Shown here one piece after another: positions 12,291-26,440 of a stretch of 64,000 nt of DNA. Every line of letters starts with the position of its first letter. Positions within the stretch are counted from its first letter, which is position 1. The DNA comes from Eledone cirrhosa. Lineage: Eukaryota. The translations under genes and the position numbers were made by a program. Under the pieces are notes generated by a model. The model was given only the letters and a program-made list of their open reading frames with translations. It had not been told where the DNA came from and made no database searches. Where the stretch lies: assembly GCA_964016885.1 (NCBI GenBank), contig OZ024740.1, forward strand, positions 222,332,001-222,396,000, in the 5' to 3' direction.

Positions 12291-15017
12291 TCTAAAAATC
12301 CGAACCATGAAAAAAAGTGCCCCAAAACGGGGGAAAATGATGGGGAGATTTTACGTAATGAAAGCTATACCCATTTTCACAAGAAAAGACATCTCTCACC
12401 CACTCCGAAGTGGATGCGAGATGCCCCCGTCGGACGAGGAGGGGTGACATGTCTGCCATGCGTCGTTCATCTTTAAACAACAATATCTAGGCCTATATTC
12501 TTTTAAGTATCCACCTTCTTCGTTATTTCCTTTCTTCCACGTGATTTATGATTTTCTTACAAGCATTTTAAATCACATAATGCCTGCCAAATCACGTATT
12601 CATGGAAATATATAACAGTTGTAGATATGATGTACACCCTTTAAGAATAATTGCCTATCTTGTGTCACCTTCCCCTAATTTCAACTTTACTGATTCACAA
12701 GAGAGAGACCCATATAACTATTGACGTTGGCTTAAGAAAGGATTTAACACTCCGTGACTCTTATGATATTATAAATACATTAAAGTTAATACTTTTAACG
12801 TATTACCTGTAACATTATAGAATAATAAACATAACAATAAGTGATTGTTTTTTTCATGTATTTTTTTTAGGTTGGGGAGTGCTCAGACAATAATGGCTCC
12901 AGTAATTGGTCTCTTCCAAATTATAACTTCTTTCCACAAAAATGAATACATTAATGATTAAACTAACGTGAGTACCGTAGCACAGCTGATCATAGAATAT
13001 TATAGGGGTGAAAATCAAATTTAAACACAGTAGAAGTAAATGAAAAATCATAAAATAAAAAATTAAATTACGTGAAGTTTGAAGTCTGTATCCATGCATG
13101 CTTTGTTACATGGTTTCTAAAGATACTATTAATATAATTATGTAGTCGTAATATCCAGAGTTAATATCAAAATTTCCATTAGTCGTTAGATGTTGCAAAG
13201 AAAGAAATTGATAAATTGTGATCTGAAAATATGAACATCTTCATATCAATACAGTCTATTTGCCAAAGGCTGATTATTTTCTCTTAAGACATTCATAACA
13301 TAAAAACAACTTTGAAAACAAATGATACTCGTAAACACCTCCATATAATACGGATACATTTTAACACTGAAACAGCAATGCATCCCTCAAATACAAATAT
13401 TTCTCTGGGAATTAAGAAACGATGCAACACAAGGCTGCTTAACTCATTATATGGTCTTTCCCCCTATTCTCTAAGTTCATATCTCATATATGTCAACTTT
13501 GCTTTTCATGTACTGCGGTGACTTAATGCTCTTACCTTACATACAGCTAGCCTGGTGTCAATGCAAAAACTAATGTTTCTTTGTTTGTATCATGCATTCA
13601 AAAACAATATATTTACAAACATAACATAACATCGGTAGCCTCTTTTGTTTCGAGTTATAATTTTACTGATTATTTAGGGAGGGAAAGACCTTACACACGG
13701 ATATCTCCAGATCCTCCGAAATTGACGGTAGAGTGTGAGGAAGGTATCCTAAAACTGGAGACAAGGCATTTTCGTAGTACGTTATAACGAATCCACAATT
13801 CCCCGCCTAGATTCAGGATATCATGTATACTTGACTACATTCTCAGAACATTTACATTATTTACGTCATATCAATGGGTGGCAGTAGTTCCAGCTGCACG
13901 CATCGAAAGACTGGTGCAGTGTTTCTGAGAACAATGCGGCTTTGCAGATGATCTATGCAAATTGACAATGGAAAGGTGCTCCCGCTCGAGTTAGAAGAGA
14001 ACTATTGACCTTCAGGAGGAGCAGCGACCCCTGATTGTATTCAGCAACCGAAACAAATATGAAGTGCACCAAATCCAATGCTCATATGGGCGGTCCTGGT
14101 TCTTCTTATTTGCGAGTATAAACTCGGCCAGATTAGATTAAATTATTTACGTCACGGCTCCAAAGCTAGACAAATCACAAGATGCAGGATAAATTTTGCA
14201 CATATTTGAAAGTAATATATTCAGTTTGTTAGATCTATAGGTCGGACACAAGTTATTCGTAAAGTTCATCAGTATCATATTTGCTTACGTAAAGGTAACT
14301 AACATTCTCTAACAAACTTGCCATATCATGATTCGATGAATTACTCTACATGAACAATAATCAAATGATACCAGCACTATAAAACTGCAATACAGTTTTG
14401 TTAGATATGTAAAGTGAAGAATTAATATAAGTGATATTTTTTATTTAGTAAATAAAGTACTTTTCCATCAGAGGAATTAGCAGAGCCGTTAGAGCGTATG
14501 ACAAGTATAGTGCAGTATTTCTTCCAGGTCTCTACGCCTTGAGTTCAAAGAATGCTGAGTACAAAATTGCCTTTCGCCCATTTTTGCTTTAGATCAACGT
14601 CCTCGCCGCCTGAGCTGTGAATAACCTCCCTCAAAATCCAGTATGTGAGTTTCATGTATGTAGAGAATGATCTATAAAAGTTATATTCTATTTCGTTTAC
14701 TACAGAAATGGTTATAATGTTAAGTATATGAGATATAATTTAAATCAAAACAATAGAATAATCATACAAGCTATAATTATAATTTATAATTATAAAGCAA
14801 TATATATATATTTAAATTCTTTCTTTCGGCTATTTGGTAGTTTGTCGGCTTATTTTAAAATATCAGTCTGAAACAATAATAAACAATTTTCTTCAGAAAG
14901 CAATTCAACACAAATTATATGTTAATCTAGCTTACCGTTCGGAGGACAGGAGGTAAAATAAGATAAAAGAAGAATATGTATTGGACATTATTTAGAAAAG
15001 ACGCAACTTATAGATTT

Positions 15018-15593
15018 GAAATTGTCTCTTCCTCAACTTGTGTGAAAAGTAGTAAATGTCCTCTTGCGCCACCAGCCTGATGGGCTTTTCACCCACACCT
15101 TTCTCCCTTGCAAAGACAAGCATCGGCTTTCTGAGTTCATTGTTGATGATCTCCAGGACCTCAACGGCGAACTAAGGCGTTCTGACAGCGTCAGATCATC
15201 AATCATCTATTTTCCTCTCTGCTGATGCCTCGTAGTCGAAAATTGAATCTTCCAGCTCCTTTCTGACCTTCTCAACCATCCTACTGCTGACGCTGACGAA
15301 GTCTGAAATTTCTTTATTTGTTCTTTCCAGCGTGGATTCCAAGGAGAAATCGATGCCTGTTCCTCAAATTGGAAGGTTCGGAACTATCCATAGGCAAAAA
15401 CTAAAAGAAAACTAAAAAAAAAAACTAAAGAAAAAAACAATACAAAACTGGTTGATGTTTTCAAGCAAAACAAACAAAAAAAAGAAACAACAATGAAAGA
15501 AAAAACAAAAAACAAAGAGATACAACGAAAGTAAAATAATATGCATAAAATTAGTAGTTGAAAATTGTGAACGAATATCATCCGCACTCAGTA
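15018..15593 (-). mobile_element. Tc1/mariner (maT/DD37D-like) transposon 5' part with decayed HTH region
   Basis: Minus frames: RTNKEISDFVSVSSRMVEKVRK...AVRTP.F...AREKGVGEKPIRLVAQEDIYYFSHKLRKRQF; terminus TA|CTGAGTGCGGATGATA near 15593. Confidence 0.75.
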
Positions 15594-15926
15594 TTCTAGA
15601 TGCCTGATCGGTTTCGACTATTGCAATACTGTAATGTATTATTGAGTCTAAATATAACTTTACTTTTCCAGTATAAAGTGAATTTTATTTGAAGTATAAA
15701 CTGAGATATCTCCCTCGCCTCATCCCAACATCAGCAAGCACTGTAATTATATATAGACGAACATCCGATGTACACCTTGTTATTTCTACTAACAGTTATG
15801 GCGATCTTCGTATTTCAGTTTATTGGAAAGGCATAAAACTTCCTTTCCTCCTCATAAATATTTCCCGTGTTTTAACTATACACACACACACATATATATA
15901 TATATATATTCTTTTGTATTTATGAT

Positions 15927-15983
15927 GTTACTATTGCTGCTGCTGCTGCTGCTGCTGCTGCTAGTACTACTACTACATCCACC

Positions 15984-16022
<39 letters not shown>

Positions 16023-16055
16023 GATGATGATGATGATGATAATCCTGCTGCTGCT
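15927..16055. repeat. Compound trinucleotide repeat (CTG/CTA/CCA/GAT)
   Basis: Directly visible. Confidence 0.95.
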
Positions 16056-16189
16056 AGGTATAAGATCAGATTTTTAGGGAAATGCAATGTTGATTATAAC
16101 GATTCAAGTATTTGATTGGTAATTTATATTATCGAACCCAGAAGTATGAAAGGTAAAATATAATATCATTATTAATATTATATAATAAA

Positions 16190-16375
16190 GGGGCGGTGGA
16201 TTGGCAGTATCGGTAGAGAGTCGGACGCCGTGCTTTCCAGCATAGTTACGTCCCTTTGCAGTCTGAGTTCAAATCCCGCTGAGGTTAACGTTGCCGGTCA
16301 TCCTTATGGTGTCGATAAAATAAAGTACCAGTAATGTACAGGTTAATTGCTGGCCTTGTGCCAAAAGTAGAAACA
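16190..16375 (+). mobile_element. Full-length family 1 SINE with 22-bp TSD
   Basis: Starts GGGGCGGTGGATTGGCAGTATCGG; ATTATTAATATTATATAATAAA at 16168-16189 and 16376-16397. Confidence 0.93.
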
Positions 16376-16399
16376 ATTATTAATATTATATAATAAAAA

Positions 16400-16545
16400 C
16401 AATTGTTTCAATTTTGGACTCAAGTTCAGCAATTTAAAAGGAAGGAGAAAGTCAATTAAATTGACCCCAGTACTGGTACTTTATATTATCGATTACTGCC
16501 GAATGAAAGGCAAAGATAACCTCAGCGGGATTTGAACTCAGAACA
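16400..16545 (-). mobile_element. Older long-variant family 1 SINE, 5'-truncated
   Basis: TGAAAGGCAAAG.TAACCTCAGCGGGATTTGAACTCAG plus an extra internal segment. Confidence 0.8.
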
Positions 16546-16967
16546 TAAAGAAATGTGATACAACACAGCAGATGGTTATAATGGAAAATTAACAACATTA
16601 ATTTGTAATAAAAACAGCAAAGAGAAGTTATCCAAGACGGGAGAACACCACTTAGCGCCATTTAAAGAAACCCTGCAGATCAGTGATACCCTGAAAAGGC
16701 AGATAAATATAGTCTCTCTCATTGATTATTTTCTGGCATATTGGCACTTGCTGATATTATTTCTATTTACTTGGATCATGTCTGCCACTCTAACTCATAT
16801 TTCAACAAATTTACTGGAGAGTAGCACTTTTCTTTCCAAATCAAATTTGAATAGGCACATGAGGATTTGGCGGAAAAACATAAATGTCTCTCCTCAGGCT
16901 TTTCAGTCACATCCAATGCATGCAAATTTGTAACTAAGCCAAATTTTCTAGTTCATTAAAGCCCCGA

Positions 16968-17432
16968 TTTCTTCTTCTTCTTCTTCTTCTTCTTCTACTT
17001 CCTCTTTTTCTCTTTCTCTCCCACTTATTTCTGACAGAGTCGTGGGGAAAGTGTCCTCAAACTCTTTTTCCAGCTGGTCCTGTCAGAAGCAACCGTCTCC
17101 AAATGATCCGGCTGGATCACCAAGCGAGACCAGCCAAGCTCATGGATGTTATCCAACCATCTTGCTCGTGGTCTAACCCTTTGTCTCCTACCGGTTGGTT
17201 GTGCCCGTAAAATCTGTCCAGCGATTCTCTCCTGAGACATTCTAACCACATGTCCATAATATCGGAGCTGTGATCTCTTAATTAGGAGAAGCAGCGGCTC
17301 TACCTGGAGTGACCCTCTGCTCTCCGAGCTACACACTTCGGTCGCATGCATTTGCGATCGTATTCTTTCGGTCATTACCCAAGATCCATGACCATATGTA
17401 AGGCACGAATACTGAATTGAAGAGAGCGAGTG
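16968..17432 (-). mobile_element. RTE LINE lineage A 3' fragment
   Basis: ORF 17025-17375 (IKRSQLRYYGHVVRM...GRRQRVRPRARWLD); (TTC)n tail at about 16968-16995. Confidence 0.9.
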
Positions 17433-20400
17433 TGGCGGCGGCGGCGGCTTCTTCTGTCTCCTAAATTGTCTGCACTATTCGGCTGTGTGGAGAAGAACTC
17501 TCTGGGCAATTCCATTGTAACGAGTTACATTTCCTGTTAATGCAAACCCCCTTCAACTTATGATGCCAGAAAAACAGGGATGGGTACGATAGAGCGATTT
17601 ATTTTTACATTTTTTTCCAGATGTTGTGGACCTCTCTCAGTGTTCACGCGCATGTGCGATTTAACACCTCTGTGAGGGTTTTTGTTAATGTCTATGACTC
17701 ATATCCATTGAGGAGCATGGACTCAACCGTTACTTTAAATAATTATTACAAGAACCAAACACATATACAACATTCCAGAGCAAATTACAATAACATCCTA
17801 AAAACAGTAATATTTCTCACTCAACCCAGATCAGCAACAGAAATATATAACCACACACATATCTGCAACCCTATTCTATTTACGCATGCTCTCTATTTTT
17901 CTGAAGATTTTCATTGGATGGAGAAGTTCACGCCCGCATCCTAGAGTGACCATACGTAGGTGAAATCACATAGAATTGCAAATTATGTAGTTTGAAGATC
18001 ATAGAAAAGTGCTTCACATTTAGACACTGTAAGCAAAATGAATAGGCAGTGTTGGAAGGATTTATTCAGCGAATTGTTGCAGTGTAACACACATTATCAT
18101 AACATTGACTAGCTTTTATAGAAGGCAATGACATTTTGAAATCACAAAATAATAGCAATTACTACCTCGGCCGATTAGAATTAGAATTTATTGCTACGTT
18201 TGGCGTATTCCTTTCCAGCGACCTAAAATAATATAGAAACAAGGAATATGGGTCACTTCTGTATTGTATGAGTCAATATTTGATGAAAGTATTCACTTTA
18301 TGGCTATTTGTGTAAAGGGATTAATTTTGACTGTTTTGATAAAACAATCTACTTCTGTACATTTGCGAACTCTACACCAGATCTCTCTCAAGCAATCCAA
18401 CTCACTGTTAGTAAAGGATAAATATCACCTGAGTATAATTTACTTATTGAACGCCTACCTAACATATTACAGGAGGGGGAGTATGGTGAATATGGTAGTG
18501 GACTATCCAAGAAAAGTTTTCAAAGTTAATTTCTGTAAGTGACGAGGACTGTCGTGTGATAGCGCTTCAAATATTATGCGACTGATTATTTTCTTAGCAA
18601 GAAAAATCGATTAGAAACACTGATCACATTTTACATTTATTCTTATTAAACAAGACTTAATTACATCAAAATCACACCTGTGTTATATCTATTTCAAACA
18701 CAAAGTTCGTGTTAATTCACAAATTTTGAAAATATTAACATTTCATATCATTTGTATTTTTGTTTCTTTTCAATAATTTGAATTTACTATTTCTAAAGCA
18801 TCTTGCTATTAAACGTTGAATTAATCTCTATTAATTGGTTAGACAGAAAACGTGTTAAGAGATGAGCTAAATATTTGTATGGGAAGATGTGTATATATAT
18901 GAGTATGAATGTGTAGTGCGTTTGTGTGCATGTTAAAAAGTAGCTAAGATATTGTCGGAAACTCTGCCGTTTACTGTTTGACAGCCGCAAATATGTTCCC
19001 GTATTTTTGTATTTCACTAAAAGCATACCTTGGCACAATTAGACATTATTTCAATGTATCTAATAACACGTTGAGAATTATGTAATTGCAGGAATGCAAC
19101 GGAAAATGATAGCTGCCAATGCATATTTGGATCAAAAATAATAAAAGAAAATAAACGTTAATACGAGCTATGAGATGAGATTGTAGAATGGGAGAATCAT
19201 GACATGATATGTTGACAAAGCAACAGAATAGAATGGAGTATAAAGAACATACCAATTAGCTAGGAAAGAAAGGGTGAATAAGAATGTTCTAAAGGAAAGA
19301 GAGAAAGAACGATAAAGAGGGACTGAGTACTTGAAAACAGACTAGAAAATAAATGTATAGCATATCCTTGTCGGCGAAAAACAAGTTGGGGTAATAGGAA
19401 GAGGGGGCAGTTTAAAAAAAGGTGTGATAACAACATGCTGAAAGAGGAGCTATTAGATAGCCCAATCAGGGCTGTAAACGAAATCATTTTTTTAAAGGAA
19501 AATAGAAGAATGATTTTGTAATGAAACAGTTTTCTAGTAATATTGATAATGAAAGGAAGCAATATATGAAGCAGGGGGAAAGTGTACTGGGAAATGACAA
19601 GCTATCAAAATAAAGGAGTTAAAGAAATAATAAGAGAAACTTCACAAAAGTTATTAATTGAAAAGCTAATGGACATCAACTAAGGATAGATTATTTTTAA
19701 GTACAAGAAATAACTAAATGGATCTCCTTTGGTGGAGACGATGATAATCTCGGTTGTTCTATCAAGGAAATTGTTGTTTCTTTGAGTTAAAAGTAAATGG
19801 TTGAGAATTCTATAGACACATGCAATTCTCAAAGAACGTAAGCCTGGAAAGGTGTGTAACAAGTCTCACCGTTTGAATTGCAAATACAGTTCATTTAACA
19901 GGTTTTTAAATACTTTAATCCTCATACTTAGTTCAACACAGGGTTTTGGTAAAAAAAATCCCTTGTCGCACAGAGGGATTGGATCTGGAACTTTATAACT
20001 GTGAAGCAAACTTCTAAACCCTTGGAATTCTCCTGATTTCAATACGATGGATATCACCTAATAATCGTACACTAACTAAAGTGAACTTCCTAATTGCTAC
20101 ATCAAAACGTTACTAGAAATCTTTGTGAAAACATTTTTATATTTCTTCAACAATTTTAAATAGCGATGCCTTTTACATAAAGATTTTCTAAATGTGTATC
20201 TCTGTAAACTTCCATCTAGTTAGAACCTTATTATACTCTGCCCTTATTCTATATTCTATTTCACCATTAATAATTCAGGTCTTTAGCTTAAATGGATAAT
20301 TAGTGCTATTTCATATTGATTACGCTATCGTTAAATGTGTGACTTTCAAAATAGCACAAATATAGGATCTCTGTCAATAGAAGCTGTTGCTCTATTTCCA

Positions 20401-21169
20401 CATAGAAAACCTCTATCATTGATATTTTATTTAGAAACATAGAATCTCTATCCATAGAATTTCCAAGCATAAATTTTCATGAGACTTAAAGGAATACTGT
20501 TCCGTTAATTTACCAAAGGTTTTCATGTTTTCAATTCCGGATATGTTTGACGTAACAAAAAGATTAAAAGGTAAATGAATATCCGTTAGTATTGGCGACG
20601 ATTGCCGCACCTGATTGGTCCTCGGGACGTCCTACTATTTGAATAAATAAGCAAGTGGCTGCGTATTCCAAAACACGTATACCCTTAATCTATTTCTCAG
20701 AGTAATTCAGGTTGTGACTTTGCAATAAGATTACAGTCCATCCAGTGAGCTTCAAAAAAGATTTTCTCACAGGTTAACAAGCAAAACATTATATTGCAGA
20801 AAAGGCTGAAAGATAATCGCTAAATAAAATGCTGTATTAACTGGAAAGTGGTTGAGCATTTCACTGACACGTGTGCTCTTAATGCCTTGGAATCACATAA
20901 ATGGATGTCATTGCTACAAAAGCACAAATTAAGGATGCCTTTACTAGATGCATTAACGACTATATCGAAACAAGTATATTACAAGTAGTTAGGTTAATAC
21001 TACATGAAACATGAAGCATGCATCGGTTAGATCTGATTGTTAAGTTATCACTAATTCAATTCATTTAACACATGAACTGCGGGCATATGAATTATCACGT
21101 GTTCTAATATACATTACAACATATTAACCAAATAGATTACGGTTACTTCATATTGGTCAGCTTCCAACA

Positions 21170-21600
21170 TATTATTATTAGCCGGTTTCAACCCGGGCCG
21201 CAGCGACAAAGGCTCTCCGCCACACGTCTTGGTTCAACATCACCGCCTTGAAGTCCTGGACGAATCCAGGCCAGTGTCTTTGATCAGGCTGTCGATGTAA
21301 GTATATCGGCGTTTTCCTCTGCTTACAACTCCATGAAATGGGTTCCAAAGGACTAACTTGGATGCTTCTAGTTCAGGGTGTCGCACACAATAACCAGTTA
21401 TGTGAAGCCGTCGTTACCTGATCTTTTCGCTGACTTTTCGCAGGTCTCCATAAAGGCATGCATTCATCATATTTTGCTGCCATTTGACATTAAGGTTCAT
21501 TCGTAGCATCCTTGTGTAACAGCCGTCTAGACAGCTTATTAACTTCTCAGCCAGTGTCCATGTTTCATTGTCATACAAAAGTATGGATTCAACATATAAG
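21170..21600 (-). mobile_element. RTE LINE lineage C 3' fragment
   Basis: VESILLYDNETWTL...LDGCYTRMLRM...KVSEKIR.RRL, then GKRRYTYIDSLIKDTG; short (TAA)n tail. Confidence 0.88.
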
Positions 21601-23964
21601 TCATGATCAACAGTGAGCTTCGGTAAATTGGGAAAGGTGCAAGACAAAACCTATTTTTCTTCTGAATTTGTTGATAAAATGTAAAATCTTCCGGACTATT
21701 CTATACGATAAACCATGTCACAAGGCTACAAAGATTTACTGTTGACAAGAATATTTCTTCAAGAAAGATATTTAATGTTATCTGTGATCTATTTTAGAAA
21801 ATGTTTCTCTGATTGGCGATTATTTTCTCTCTATAAGGGAGAGAAATACACGAAAAGAAGAAAAGAGACACAAAAGCAAGAGTATGTAAGAATCTTTAAC
21901 CATTTTGTTTTCCCTTTTTTTCCTTTCTTCCTTGTAATCAGAGGAAGAGAGAACTATCTTGGAGTATATACAATTACTTCGTTTTAAATATCTAAATATT
22001 AAATAAAAAGGGGGCTCAAAGTGGGTGTCTGACGGCCATAACGGGTCGTATGATTAAAAGATTGGGAACTGCAGAGAAACATCATTAGTGTTAGTAGTTA
22101 TTAGTGCTAAACCTGTCAAGGAAATATATTTCCTCAAGAGGAAATATATTCAGTGTGCGACTTTCATTAAATATATTAGAACATTTTTTTTTATAATGAA
22201 ATTCTTCTATAATTAAAGTAAATACCAAAACAGTCTACGCAAATCTTTGTTTATAGAATCGAGCTACTATCATTCTTTGAATGGACAGCATATTTGGTTA
22301 TGTCTGTAATAATCAAATACGCCAAAATTGGTATATAACTCTTTCTAATATTTCCATTGAAATATAACCCAACTCAAAATGTAAATTTATAAACAGTTTA
22401 TATGAAACCACACTGGAATGGAATTTTGTATCAAGCAACATATAGAATCAAATACCTTGGCTTGTTGACTACTATAGTTTTCTATCTCATAAAGCTGCGA
22501 CAGTGGAATATAATACGTTTCTTTCATAATACATATTTCCTTTGAACTTCAATCATCTACATATAATATTGCAAAAACTTCTGTATAAATTGAAAATCTA
22601 TGAGGTTGATCTGATAAAATCAATGGAAGCCCGGATGTAGGCTAGATATCTTAAAAGGTGAAATAGCTTGCCTGATTGATTACCCAGAGCATCGACAGTA
22701 GTTATACAAATATGGCTCTAGATGTCGTCTGAAAAGTCGTGATTTAAGAAAGATTAATGCAGATCTTGAAATCAATACAAGCCGATTATTATTAGGAATT
22801 CACTTTTCTGCCGCTTCCTGCTATTAATTTTTTTCCCCGAGAAAACAAATCGAAGCTGCTTTTCTAGAATATTCTAAAAGCATTGTAATCAGAGCCGCTG
22901 GTGGAAATATCTATTGAGAGATTTTTTTTTTCACCTTTAGTTTCAATATTCTTTGAAAATGGAAGGCGGTGAATTGGCAAAAACGGAAAGAATGTTAAAA
23001 TAAATAATTGACAATATGTAATTTTATTCTTCTATATTCCAAGTTAAAATGCTGCCAGTGTCACCTTTGCCTTTTAATAATGTCTATAGTGTCAATAAAA
23101 TATGCACCAGTCATATACTGGATCAATTCGAGCGACTATATTCGACATATGACAAGTTAACAGAAAGTAATATTGGTTAAATAAAACCCTGTTCCAGATA
23201 TTCAAATTATAAAATATTCATATATTTACGATTACAACTATCAATGCTCCTTCTGCTCTCCTATACGTTTATTGTCGAACCAATAACAGTGGAAATATCT
23301 GGTATCCTGATACCTCTAACCACCTCTTTACTTACTGAAGGATGGAGAATGCTATACTTAAGAACGAGCCACCTGAACCGGATTGGTCTATTCAACGCTA
23401 GTAATCCTTCAGGATAACCCATTCATCATTCTGTGTGCTGAGACTATAATGCATAATAAGCAGGTGGGTTGACTCGAACGGGTACAGAGGCTGTTGTATT
23501 CACATGTAAAATTATTTTAGTAACTGGTAAAATTAATGAATGAAGTTCTTAGAATGGTGTTACACCGACAGGCTTCCAGTTTCTTGTAGAAGCTGTTTGT
23601 CATTAAATATATACTAGGCACCTTTGGAGAATATATGAACAATTCGCCTCTATCAACATTCTCTTCCAATTTAAGATTTTCGTGCCTTCGGTAAAACCAA
23701 TTCTCCTGAGTATTTTGGAAAACTATTATTTGTTTAATAATGCTTTTAGTCTCTTTGAAATTCCACGTTTAATTTTCTTTCCTAGGACAAACATTTATGG
23801 GAATATCAGAGGGCATCTCATAGTTTTACTATAGAAAGGCATTATTTGATTTAAAGGCATGTTTTCATATTTTATTTCTGACACCAATTACATTCCAAAT
23901 ACGTCAAAACGTTAAATTAATTATCCACAGCGGATCTATGAAACAGGTTGTTATTTATTTCTCA

Positions 23965-26440
23965 GCAGAGCTATTCTGCTCGAGCAGGGGTTGCAGGTGG
24001 CGGATAGCGATACAGCCACCAAATATGATGAGTAGTTGCGATATATGTGGGCAACTGTCAGACGAATAAGCAACTCCAGACCATGAGCGGTATACTACTA
24101 GGAGAGATGGACCAATAGGTGACACCTGTGACTCCCAAGAAAATTCTCACAGACCAGTGACGTAGCTTCGACGCGGCGAGCATAGGCCGCCTCTGAAACA
24201 GCCTAGTCGTCACAAGTTTGACAAAGTACCAGATTGGTGACAACTGAAACTGAAATATGATGAGGAAAACAAAAATGAACAATGCCGCATCGTTCTTTGC
24301 GCGGGTTAGACTTTAGGTAGATGGGCCTGTTCAAAGAGACGCGTTCAGACTTTAGGTAGATGGGCCTGTTCAAAACATACATTGCAGTCTCCATTTCATG
24401 CCACAAAAATAACGATTGTCCTGCGACCTGTCCTGGAATGCGTGGGATAGATGCACACAGAAGGCGTATCCTGAGACCCTAAAGAGGGTCTTGGAGGAAA
24501 AAAACCCATTGTTGGGAGGACTTTGGGTTTAAGCTGTAATCCAACTTCAGATCAGCAAATACATTGTTCTGGCAGACCATACGCCGACTTCGTAATAAGA
24601 ATCCCTCCTATACACTTGCTATCAATAACGAGTCGGGGGTACTCCTCTCTTCATAGAGGTGCACCCTCACTAGATGAAAATAATAATTTGCTGATCTCCT
24701 AAACCCGATCACAACAGCATCTTCTGATGTACGATACGAATCTGGAAGCTGTGATTAATCTCTCGGAAACTAAGGTTACAATATCAGTTAAAGAGCTCAA
24801 ATGTGACAAACCCGCTGGGGAAAATGAAATTCAGCCCGAGATATTAAACATTTTAAATAGAGAAATTATTCTCTGGCTGACTCGCATGTGCCGGGTGACC
24901 TGGATCTCTAGAAAGGCACCTAAGCAATGGCAATCGGGAGTGATAATCCCAATTTTCAAAAGGGAGTCAAAAGAGAATGTTCCAATTACAAAGGGATCTT
25001 CTTGTTAAGCCTCTCCAGTAAAGTCTATGTTAATTGTCTGGCAAAGAGATAAAGGGAGATTGTAGAGTCCAAGCTAACTAATGAACATTACGGTTTTTGG
25101 CCCGGATGCAGCACACCCGAGCAAATATTCACACTGCGGCAGGTCTTCGAGAAATCTTTGGAGCATTGCCAAGAGTTATATTCATGGTTTGTTGACCTTG
25201 AAAATTTACATGCCCGCGTTCCTCGGGACCTGTCGTGGAATTTTCTCGGGGAGAATGGGATGGATTGTCAGCTTCTTGCTGCCTTGATGCCTCTATACGA
25301 ATTTACAAGTATTTGCGTTCGGATAAATAGTGCTAAATCGATATCATCAATGTGGGATAGCGGACTCCGCCAAAGTTGCGTACCATTACCTCACCTGTTC
25401 ATTTTTACATGAACAGAATTGACATGCGCAGCCGGGTTGGAAGTGATATCATGACTTGCGGGTGAAAAATTAGTCGGATGGAATTTGTAGAGGGTATGGT
25501 TTTACTTAGCTTGATAGAATATGATCTTCGACTTGCACTCGATAGGTTTGATGTCGAGTGCTGCATGGCTGGAATGAAAATCACTGTGAAAACTGAGACA
25601 CTCCTCTTCTCAAGGAAGCCCGCGCAGTATACCCTCCATGTAAATGGAACTCCAATGAAACAGGTAGAGAAATTCAAGTAGCTCGGTGGCGTGTTCACGA
25701 GTGATGGAAAGTAGAAGGCTGAATTAAGTGCAACAATTACAGGATGTGGTACAATAATTGTTTCTACGTTAGGCACAAGGCCAGCAATTACCCAGTGCAT
25801 TACTGGTACTTTATTTTATCGACCCCATAAGGATGAAAGGCAAAGTCAACCTCGGCGGGATTTGAACTCAGATCGTAAAGGGACGTAATTACAGGATGTG
25901 GTACAATAATGCGCCAGCATCAGCATTCAGTAGTCAGAAGAAGGTAGGTAGGCATAAAAGCTAAGTTGGTATTCGTGTCAACCCTTACCTATAGTCATGT
26001 ATCTTGGGTAATGACCGAAAGAATACGATTGAGAATACAAGCAGCCAAAATGGAATATTTCCGAAGGGTCCTTGGAGTAACGTTACTCGAAAAAGAGCGT
26101 AACTCTAAGATAAGGTTGTCACTCCAGGTAGAACTGCTACTTCTCCGAATTAGATCACAGCTCCGATACTATGGGTATTTAGTTAGAATGTCGCTGGAAA
26201 GATTTTACGAGCAAATCCCACCGGCAGGAGTCTCAGGGGTAAACCCCGAGCAAGAAGGTTGGATTACATCCATGAACTTGGCTGGTCTCGTTTGGAGATC
26301 CTGCGGGATCAGCTGGAGATTGTTGCTTCTGATTCACTGGAAGGATTGCTTGAAACCTCTGGCCCCTCGACTCTCTCAAGAAGAAAAAGAAAAAGAAAAA
26401 GAAAAAGAAAAAGAAAAAGAAAAAGAAGAAGAAGAAGAAG
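23965..26440 (+). mobile_element. RTE LINE lineage A, long decayed copy with internal deletions
   Basis: KPAGENEIQPEILN...WQSGVIIPIFK, FVDLE, GLRQSCV, KQVEKFK, SQLRYYG motifs; (GAAAAA)/(GAA)n tail. Confidence 0.9.
25759..25886 (-). mobile_element. 5'-truncated family 1 SINE nested in the RTE with a 24-bp TSD
   Basis: AATTACAGGATGTGGTACAATAAT at 25735-25758 and 25887-25910. Confidence 0.93.

Noticed and set aside
12290-12478. Possible Kolobok-like terminus; piggyBac-like MITE ends near 2680, 50557-50821 and 61408-61633
   Set aside because: TTAA-anchored ends seen, but matching TIR partners are too degraded to support a call.
13930-13960. GFADDL as an RT catalytic motif
   Set aside because: No flanking RT motifs in any frame; probably chance.
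15823-16077. Poly-Leu, signal-peptide-like ORF
   Set aside because: Compound trinucleotide microsatellite.
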